DNA from: Octopus sinensis
Taxonomy: Eukaryota
Direction: 5' to 3'
DNA: 64,000 nt
NCBI RefSeq assembly: GCF_006345805.1
Contig: NC_042998.1
Coordinates: 4,464,001 to 4,528,000 of the forward strand
Shown: piece by piece, positions 54,009 through 64,000 of the stretch
Layout: each line of letters starts with the position of its first letter
How positions within the stretch are numbered: position 1 is the first letter of the stretch
Program-made: the position numbers and the translations under genes
Notes under the pieces: model-generated
The model's input: the letters and a program-made list of their open reading frames with translations, nothing else
The model's database searches: none
Told to the model about the DNA's origin: nothing

Positions 54009-55839
54009 AATGGAAATCTGGCATATATATTGGGGAGCCTTAATCTAAATATTTGCAGAATACATGCATACATTTGATACATTTGTACAAATACTTCTAA
54101 GTTTTCAATATTCATGTTATTTTCATATTTGCTTATTGAACTTATAAACCCTGCATATATTTTCTTTCGCATAAGCACGTGCGTTTATGCACACAATACT
54201 ATGTACATCCTTAAAAGTTATAGAGCCTCGCCTACGGAAGCCTTTCAGGTAGGCCTAACTGCTTGCATGGGACCAAATGTTTTGACAGGTGATTATATAT
54301 TGTGTTTAACATGAATAAAGATAAAATATGAGAAGGAAAATATATTAATGTACCTAAAACAAATCGAAATCACTGTCGGTTTGAGCTTTGATTTTTAGGA
54401 TATACTTGGATTAAATATGATCCATTTCATCAACAAAACATTAGCGTTGGATTTACTGCTGTGTTAATGCACTACATAAAATATTCTTTTGATTCCTTCG
54501 ACTTTACAGTTTTTTAAAAATTATTGCTACTTATATTCCAAGAAAATCGCATCCTCTGGCAAAATCAGTATTTTTCTTTTCTTCTGTTTATATTCACATC
54601 TCTCATGTGATGTCGACACGTGCTGTAGAGTGGAGTAATTGTTTTATAATATTTAGCTGAGTAGTTCCTATTCTCACGGTGAAATATTGTGCAGTTTACA
54701 TTCTATTTTAACTATGTAAGGTGTAAGGAATAAATGCTAGCGATATATACATGTTATATGGATTTAAATTTAAACTTTTTGCAATTCCAGTGAAATTTTT
54801 ATTCAATTCGTTTTATTCAATTTGTTTTTCTATTTTGAATTTTAGAAATCATCAGTCACATTCTAACTCTAAATATCTGAAGCAAAATTTCAGTTTTAAT
54901 TCCGCCCAAAATTCTACGCAGCCCTCGAACTTTTCTTCTAATTTACAACGTTCAAAAGTTTACGCAAACAAAACATTTGCTCTTTCATATTTCTTGATTT
55001 AGTCCAACATAAATGCTGTTAGTGTGAAAAAGTGTGTGGTCATTTAAACCAAAAAAAGGTAATTTCGACCACAGAAAATTATCCTATGGAAACAGCAGAG
55101 AATTTCACGTGGAATGGCACTCTTCTATTTTTCAAAAGAGGTTTATTGGTTAGTATATTTCAAGATAACACCTGGTATGGAATGTAGGATTTATGATCAC
55201 AGTTCAAATCTCCCTTATAGTTCTCCATTAAGGCTGTACAAAAGCAATATTATGTCGCAACACTTTATATGAAAAGTTCTCAGAGAGCTACTACTACAAC
55301 AAATAGCTTTGCGCTGCTCCTTTCCGTTTGCTTGTCGGCTTCTTGTACTTCAAGATACTCAAATGTCAAAGAATCAATAATAAATTCAACAGTTTATTTT
55401 TGTCTTAACTTCCTACCTTTCGCCATATGTCATTAGTGTATTGTTTTTGAACTGATACCTCTATTGGTTCTGTTTTCTTAAACACATACAAACCATCATT
55501 TGTACGTGTTCTCAATCAAAAACAGCAAAGATTTTATTGGTGTCTTTGACAATAATCTATTATCAATGTTTTCCATTATTCATAGGAGTGGGCTTCTGAT
55601 CTCAAACTCTTTCTCATTAATTCATCACAGTCAGTATCAACAGGTTACTTTTCACCAAATACATCACGCTTCCAGTGCGAATCCTGTATATTTCGCTCTT
55701 TATATCAATTACCAGTTCTTTAGTTACTGCTACAATTTAAGCATATAAATACAGTTTTACGTGAAAAATAACGTTCTTCACAGTTCGATAAACTAACCTA
55801 TCCTAAACATTGCAACGGATTTATTAGTTATTTGAATTT

Positions 55840-56780
55840 AATCATACCTATTTCCTTTAATATAGCATTTATTACTGTGAATGTGCTTCTCCCAATTTTC
55901 TTCCCTTGCATAATTTGCATGGGAATGTCCTTTCGACTTCTTCAATCATCAATAATCAATAACATTACGGGATGTATATTTAATTCTGAGTAAAAATGTA
56001 CCCCGCAATGTCACAATCCAGAAAGAATCATAGCTGTAGTGAAAGATCGTTTCGTACTTTGCCAAAATAAGGAAGGATAGATAATGCCGAGTGAAACGTC
56101 GTGGTAGTGAGACATCTAGGATTTGTTTGCCCTTGCCAGATCCTTTTTCCTGCAAAATATTTCTCTGAAACTCTCAAGTGTTAACGTATTATTCTTTATT
56201 GACTGACGGGCTCCGTAGAACAATTTCACATTTCTAACAAAAGAAGATGGCCAATTTGCAATTCTGGTGAACGATTTTGTCCCAGTGAATATGCCATCTG
56301 CACTGATAGCTACTTTCTGGTTTCGATATCTTTGCAATGTACACATATTTCGTCATTACCTAATTTTCCGTAAGTTGTCATCTGAAAAACGAAACCCCAT
56401 CTCACTAACACTGACTCGGCTCCCTTTCTTCATCTGCCAGCAAACTCACCACAAATTTTACTCCAACACGATGTATTTTCTATTTTCGTTTTAAAGTCAT
56501 GATACGATCTTTGGCAGATACCTGCTTCTTTCAAAACTTGTGAGACAGTCAGATGACACGTTTTACAGTTATTAGCATACATCCTCCCATTATCACAGTT
56601 GTCTATCTTGGATGAGTGTCTAGATTTAGGATTTTCTTCAGTTGGAGTGCATCCTTATTTTAAGATCTGATTATACTTGTATCATTGATACAACTGAAAA
56701 ATTTATCTGAATTAAGATTTCAGTTTGCAACTGAAAACAAAATTTTAGAGAAACGGGTTACTCTTAAAGATCAATCATTG
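55840..56780 (-). mobile_element. Highly decayed near full-length mariner transposase
   Basis: Minus strand fragments HLTVSQVLKEAGI, HRVGVKFVVSLLADEER, GNDEICVHCKDIETR (TGDETWVY-like) and NWEKHIHSNKCYIKG. Confidence 0.7.
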
Positions 56781-57590
56781 TTCAATTTTTCACGAAAAGT
56801 TAAATGTAATGATTATACGTTCCCCTTAGGTCATGTAGATCAATAAATAACTGATACAGCATGATATAGATGCTAATTCGTCAAAAGTTAAAGCCACCTG
56901 TCACTGAAAAACTTATACCAGCAGTTGCAACTGACATATTCTAACAATTTGAAAAATAGACATAACTTTTTTTGGTTCAATCTCTAGATAAAGTGCTAAG
57001 ACACACGCACAAATACATACACAGACTGTCGCGCACGCACAGACACAAACAAACACACATACACTCACACACACTCACAGACACTCACACACACTCACAC
57101 ACACTCACACACACTCACACACATAAATACTGTACCTTAAGAAAATGAACACTGAAACCTATGTGAAAATTCATGTATATTATAACTGGAGAAATGATTT
57201 GAAGTTAATTAATTTAAACCGACAAAATCGACTTTATTCGAAACACTGTCCTCAAACATATAGAAAACAGTTGAGCCAGTAGCCATAACTAAATATCAGA
57301 GGACCAGTGTTTATTCAGATTGAATATCCTAGTGTCAGTAAGCATATTAATTAATAATTTTTGTTGTTATTTTATAAATTTTGGACACGAATTTATTTAA
57401 TTGTAGCTTAGCCTTAAGAATCGACGAAAGCAGTACTTACAGTTGCAAATGTAGGCATTCGTCCACGTAGAAGGTGGGGGAGAATATCTTTCAGTATGGT
57501 AGTAATTCGTTAGTTATTTAGATATTTAAAGAGTACACAGCGTAGGCAGAAATGCGAGAAAGCTCTATCAAACAGATAATTTTAAAGTTA

Positions 57591-57628
<38 letters not shown>

Positions 57629-57967
57629 TATGTGGGCACAGGACATCATGAAACATGTAAAACATAAATGTTCGAAGTACGAGTACATAGAATATGAACA
57701 TATTTTTTCAAACAACGAGAGACAAATGGGAAACATGACAAACAGCATAAAGAATGACCCTTCAACAGTTGTTGGCTGTTTTTCTACTCCCGTATTTCGA
57801 GCATTTAACTACAATATACGCTTTAGATAAAACAATTGCTCCCGCAAAGCAAATTAAATAAAATTTGGAGTTTTGCGGAGGGTCAAAATTGGTAACCCAA
57901 ATGAGACAGTGAAAACAAAAAAACAAGAAGGGCTGTTTATATATATACATATGAGTGTACATATATA

Positions 57968-58021
<54 letters not shown>

Positions 58022-58108
58022 ATATATACATATATAATAAATATATATATATATATATAATATATATATAGATGTATATATATACATATATAATAAATAT
58101 ATATATAT

Positions 58109-58140
<32 letters not shown>

Positions 58141-58163
58141 CATATATAATATATATATATATA

Positions 58164-58205
<42 letters not shown>

Positions 58206-58798
58206 TGTATGCATATATACATACATATGTGTACATACTTACATTTATATGTATATATGCATATATGGGCAGAGGGCCGTAACGAAACGTGTACAACAAA
58301 AATATACGAATTACAAGTACATGGAATATGGACCATTTTTCAAACAACGAAAGACATATACACACAGTCACTATGTACATATACGACGGGATTCTTTCTG
58401 TTTCCGTCTACCAAACCCACTCACGAGCTATAGTAGACGGTGCCATGCAGTGAGTCTGAACCCGAAATCATCTAGTCGGGAAGCAAGCTTCTTGCTACAC
58501 AGCCACTCCTAAGGTACAAAATCTACTAATATCGTGATAGCTACTGTATTTATATCGATGTCAATTACTAATTCTTGGGGTTGACTGAAGGATCAAGAGG
58601 ACACACAGTTTGATGAGGAGACGTTTATTTTCAAGAGACAACAGATATCATTTGGATAATTATTGGTACACGCTATACTGTCAATTATAGGCGTAAGTAT
58701 ATCAAACAATTGTTTACTCGAGCACCCAAACATATATTTCTATGTATGTTTGTAGGCATCTAAGTGTGCTTGGCAGTATGATGTTGTAAATACATATG

Positions 58799-58855
<57 letters not shown>

Positions 58856-59029
58856 ATAATATATGTATGTATGTATGTTTGTGTGTGAGAGAGTGTATAT
58901 ATATATTTAATAATCATTATTATATTATTCAGTCAAAATATCTACAATCCCATGACGCGAATTCACACACACACACACACATACACACACATACACACAC
59001 ACCACACACGCGCGCGCACATATATATTT

Positions 59030-59450
59030 AAGGTGATGAGCTGGCAGAGTCGTTAACACGCCGGGCGAAATGCTTGTCAGGTGTTTCGTCTGAGTTCTGA
59101 GTTCTAATTCCGCCGAGGTTGACTTTGCCTCGCATCCTTTCGGGGTCGATAAATTAAGTACCAGTTACGCACTGGGGTCGATGTAATCGACTTAATCCCT
59201 TTGTCTGTCCTTGTTTGTCCTCTGTATGGTTAGCCTCTTGTGGGCAACAAAGAAATAAGAATCGTTTGCACGCCGGGCAAAATGCTTAGTTACACGTTGT
59301 CTGTCTACACTTCCTGGGTTCAAGTCCTGCCGAGGTCAACTTTGCCTTTCTCCTTTTCGAGAGGTGATGAATTAAGAACCAGTTGATAAAATAAGTACCA
59401 GTAATCGTCTAGCACCCTTCCCTAAAATTCCTGGCCTAGGTATACAAAAA
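59030..59450 (+). mobile_element. Two tandem SINE family B copies
   Basis: aaggtgatgagctggcagag...aaagaaataag, then a second cgccgggcaaaatgc...gaggtcaactttgcc unit. Confidence 0.88.
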
Positions 59451-60745
59451 TCATTTCAAAATATATAATCAACATTATGACAAATATGAGAAATGTTTAA
59501 ATGGCATAGTGTTATCCAATGAATAATTTTGTATATATATTAAGATGCATGCAGACTTGTATGTGTGTAATATTTATTTATAATATATAGATATATACAC
59601 ACATAAATACATATATGTACATATATACACATATGTACATAGATGTGTCCATATATGAACGTGTATATTACACGCATATCTATATATATATACGTACGCA
59701 TGCACGCTTGTATGTATGTGTGTATGCATGTTTGCATGTACGTGTGTATACTGTTTTCGGCAAACACCTTTGAAGTTAATTTTTGCAAAGAAGTTCTTTT
59801 ATTTTTCTGCGCACACATTCCTTTGAAGATTGCTTTCTTTTGCAAATTTCTAGTCTCTTGTGATTACAACGCGTCATGAAATCTCTTTTGCTAGCACCAC
59901 CTTTCCTTGCATCCTTCCCGCTTTACACATTTATGCCAACACACTTTACCAATTACCTGAAATTTTTTTCATATATATTTTGTGCTTAAAGAAATGAAAC
60001 TGGTTGCATATCTCAGTGTTTACAATAAATCAGCAAGATTATTTGGATTATCATTTTGTCATTTAGGAATATACTTCTGTTATAATGTCTGTGTTGGTTC
60101 AAAATGGCAACTATTAATGGGAATAACAACTAAATGTTTTATTATAACAAAAGAAATAGACGTTAATCACTTATCCGTTTTCTTGGTCATTATTAAATAA
60201 GCAGCATTATACTTTGATGAGCATTCATGAGAGATACACGCTTGGTTTTTGCCGTTTCAGTTCTTGTAACGTTTTATATTGCAACAACGAACTTAAATCA
60301 TTAGATTACCTTCTCTTAGTACTCTTTATTGATCATGTAGAAATAGCATTGCAGTTGATTTAATTCCTGAGAGTATTTAGTTCGATCATGTTATGATATG
60401 TGTATTACTTTCAAAACTCATTCGTAATTACTCTATTTGAAGTCATTTTCTGTGTATGTACATATTATTATTGTACATGTCAGTATAAAGAGTATTATAA
60501 AACGTCATACCAAAGCAATGCTGAGATTCTTTCCTTTCTCTTTGGTTTACTGACGTCGGTGCTTCAAATGACTGAAACAAGTAAAAGTATAAAAGAAAGG
60601 AAATGTATATACAATCTGCGTATCTGTGTACACGGGTATCGATTTGCAAATGCCACTATCTATTTATTGTACACAAATACAAACGCACACTCTCTCTCTC
60701 ACACACAGACAGACACACAAATGCGCACAAACATGTATATATATG

Positions 60746-60776
<31 letters not shown>

Positions 60777-60825
60777 GTATATATGTATTATGTATGTATG
60801 TATGTATGTATGTATATGTATATGA

Positions 60826-61158
60826 AGGCACATGGCTCAGTAGTTAGAGCGTCGTGCTTACGATCGTGAGGTTGTGAGCTCGAATCCCGGACTGGGCTGC
60901 GTGTTGTATTCTTGAGCAAGACACTTTACTTCACGTTGCTCCAGTCCACTCAGCTGTAGAAATGACTTGCAGCATCACAGGTGCCAAGCTGTATCGGCCT
61001 TTGCCATTCCTTTGGATAACACTGGTGGCGTGGCGAGGGGAGGCCGGTATGCCACGGCGACTGCTGGTCTTCCATAAACAACCTTGCCCGGATTTGTGCC
61101 TGGGATGGTAACTTCCTAGGTGCAATCCCATGGTCTGTGTCGTGACCGAAAGGGGTTT
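60826..61158 (+). mobile_element. tRNA-derived SINE, family D
   Basis: Head ggcacatggctcagtagttagagcg...gagctcgaatccc with A and B boxes and a CORE-like cttgagcaagacactt. Confidence 0.85.
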
Positions 61159-61533
61159 CAGATATATATATATATATACGTATACAATGGGTTAGAACAA
61201 ATGCTCATAGCGTCATCAGTTAGTGGGATTTCGCTTGATAGAAGCATAGGACATATATATATATACATATGTGTGTGTGTGTATTTGTGTGTATGTATGT
61301 GTGTGTATGTATGTGTGTGTTTTCACGCACACACGCACGCGACGCTTCAACACGGTTGTCTATACAATTACTGGGTGGTTACTAAATTTCTAATATTTAA
61401 CATTACAAGTGTAAACAGTGGAAAATGAGATCAATCTCCGTCATTCAATTCTCGTTTCTATTTCCACAGAGGAAAAGCAACTCAGTACAATAAACAAAAT
61501 AATTATGTTCAGTTTATCTTGTAATTCTTAAAG

Positions 61534-61717
61534 TGTTGGATTGTTTTATACTCACTTCGGTATACAGTATACTTAGTAAAACCAGTAAAGAGACGTTTCT
61601 CTATATGATCGCCTACTACGTACTCTCTCGTACTGTCTCGTACTCTGCTATTTATAGTGACCATATCATTCCACTTTTCACTTGGGTGGGTTGTACCATT
61701 ATTACTAATTCCCCACA
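61534..61717 (-). mobile_element. 3' LTR of a Ty3/gypsy element
   Basis: On the minus strand a PPT aaaagggggagc is followed by TGtggggaattag...tataaatag...aatccaaCA. The distal end is tentative. Confidence 0.7.
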
Positions 61718-61719
61718 AT

Positions 61720-62400
61720 AGCTCCCCCTTTTAAGTCGTTTAAAGTTTTCCTTAGGAAGTGTCATTTTATTTAGCAATAATTTTTTTAATTCACCCCGTC
61801 TCCCTTTATTGAGATTTAAATTTCTTTTCGTACAATATACTATATTTTGCACTGGGCATCTATTTTCAGGAACTCTGTATGATTTTATTCCTCTCCCGTC
61901 GGGGTTCAATCACTTGCAATATTATTGCTACCTGGAACGCATCTTATAACCATTCCATTGGTTCCTCTAACTTCTTTGGTTCGCTTTCCACGAATCTCTT
62001 CTTAAGTTGGTTTCTGCATCTCTGTACGCCTTTTTTACTTTTGATCCAATACATCCTTTTACCTATGCATTTAGGAATTACACCATCTTCCCAAGTCTGC
62101 TTTCCATTCTTGGATGACCTCATATACACCTTTTCATCAATTTTAAAGAATCTTGCTGTCTTCCCTAGCACTTTCTCTTTCCTTCGCAGGTAATAATTTA
62201 TCAAATACTGATTTTACACTCCTTGTGAACATCAGTTCCGCCAGTGACATATCTGCGGGTGTATTCGGATTTTGTGTCACATGGTATATTCTTAAAAACT
62301 GTTGTAGAACTATCTCATTCGTGACACCCTTATTCGATTTTCTTAGAGCTCTCTTGAAGGTATCGACAAAGCGTTCTGCCTGTCCGTTAGATCAGGGATG
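61720..62400 (-). mobile_element. Ty3/gypsy integrase C-terminal remnant
   Basis: Minus strand SNGQAERFVDTFKRALRKS...QQFLRIYHVTQNPNTP...AELMFTR...VYMRSSKNGKQTWEDGVI...RCRNQLKKR. Confidence 0.88.
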
Positions 62401-62690
62401 ATACTGCGCAAATCTAATTTTACAGGTTTAAGTAAATTTATCTGGCAATTAAAAGATAATGATACTAATTTCGATTTCAAATGGGATATAATTATTTTAC
62501 ACCATCTTATAAAGTCAATGAAAGAAAAATGTTCTCTTCGTATAACTGAGGCATTTTTTCTATTTCAAAATCTAAAAAATACTTTTTTATTTCAAAATCT
62601 AAAAAATACTCTACTTAGAAACGAAAAAAGGATTTCCTGTATTCAAGCGAGAAAATATGTATTTTCTACATTTAAATAACCAGCTTATTA
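62400..62690 (+). mobile_element. Penelope-like GIY-YIG C-terminal remnant
   Basis: TGLSKFIWQLKDNDTNFDFKWDII...CSLRITEA...LLRNE matches the T.LSKYIW.LK...W.I...C.LC..E...LLN pattern. Confidence 0.8.
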
Positions 62691-63162
62691 TCTCTTTCGT
62701 TACTATAGTTGCACATACATAAAAGATGATATAATTACTTATCAGTACCGTTTAGAGAGTTAACAATTCCAATATTCCATATTTTCGATTTAGATGACAA
62801 TTTACCGCTCCGTCTAAAAATAACCTATCCAATCTTTGCAATGAGATAAATATTTTTATATTACATATTAATGTAGTAATATCAGCATCTCCCAAATTTT
62901 AAACTAAACATTCTGAATATCCCAATTTTTCTCTCTCACCAGACCAATTGTAAATACCCCTATAATAGCATACTCTACTCAGATAAAATTCTTCATCTTC
63001 ATAGGACATACGAATTAAGGCATAGAGTTTCATCAGAGTAAAAAAACAAGTGCATCTAATGTAAACAAAGGGAAGAAGGAATAGCAAAGGAAACATAGCG
63101 CAGAAAAGAAGTATAGAAACCAAATATACTAAAAGAATGAATACATGCATACACGCACACAA

Positions 63163-63215
<53 letters not shown>

Positions 63216-63240
63216 CACATATATATATATCAAACAAGGA

Positions 63241-63610
63241 AAGGAAATGGGAATTAGGAAGTTAATAATTGTTTAGCATGAACAGCAAATTCGTCATCTT
63301 CACTTACAAATGTTTTAATTAATACTCAAGCAACATTAAATTTACATTTACGTAACATGAGCACAATATCATCAGAGGACAAAAAAGATATACGTGTGGA
63401 TTTTATATGTGTACTAAGGAATTCATGAATTCATAAGCACGCATATAGCATCCACATGTATATCTTTTTTGTCCTCTGATGATATTGTTCTCACGTCACG
63501 TAAATATAAATTTAATGTTTATTGAGTATTGAAACGGTTGTAAGTGAAGATGACCAGATTGTTGTAAATAATAAACAATTAACTTCCTAATCACCATTTT
63601 CGTTTTTCTT
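63241..63610. mobile_element. Fold-back element, ~160 bp diverged arms (63241-63401 / 63450-63610)
   Basis: atcatcagaggacaaaaaagatatacgtgtggat versus atccacatgtatatctttttgtcctctgatgat. A decayed CTGATGA...GAAACGGTTGTA motif is present. Confidence 0.8.
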
Positions 63611-63749
63611 TTAACTGAATATAAACTATGTTTGTATACATACCTATTATTTTAAGGAAATTCATTCCCAAAATACTAGGTACTGAACTAATTTCCTCGG
63701 ATGATGAAACCGTCCCTTAATTAGGTTGACATATTCTCTAATTATATAT

Positions 63750-63833
<84 letters not shown>

Positions 63834-64000
63834 TAGATATATAATCATATATAATATATAATATATATATATATATAATATATATATGTATGTATGTATG
63901 TGTGTGTGTGTACATACATGTAGAAACTATCATTGTAATAAATATTCAAATTCTCTAAAATATATGCTAATAAAACGTTTTCACTGTCATCCAGAATTAG

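Noticed and set aside
57620-58360. Diverged direct repeat containing GAAACATGTA / GAAACGTGTA
   Set aside because: Helix III and the cleavage triplet resemble an HHR, but no CUGANGA or helix I was found. Too decayed to call.

Overview
AT-rich, repeat-saturated eukaryotic DNA. The SINE families, TA/CA/CTAT/TAA microsatellite load and transposon content look like a coleoid cephalopod, probably Octopus (inference from repeat recognition, not a database hit). I found no host protein-coding exon I can support; nearly all ORF-track entries are microsatellite or antisense-transposon artefacts. Recognisable content: five mariner copies (two with both TIRs), a Tc2/pogo-type MITE, two probable Helitron-like elements, four tRNA-derived SINE families, and decayed fragments of CR1/L2-type, R4/Dong-type and zinc-knuckle-ORF1 LINEs, a hAT, a Ty3/gypsy integrase with its 3' LTR, and several Penelope-like (PLE) RT/GIY-YIG fragments. 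The most notable signal is a set of unrelated fold-back (inverted-repeat) and direct-repeat elements carrying type I hammerhead ribozyme (HHR) motifs. These include a ~1.5 kb near-perfect palindrome at 52091-53599 with an essentially intact HHR at each end, and a ~400 bp hairpin at 50601-51002. All coordinates, alignments and foldings were read by eye and are approximate where stated.
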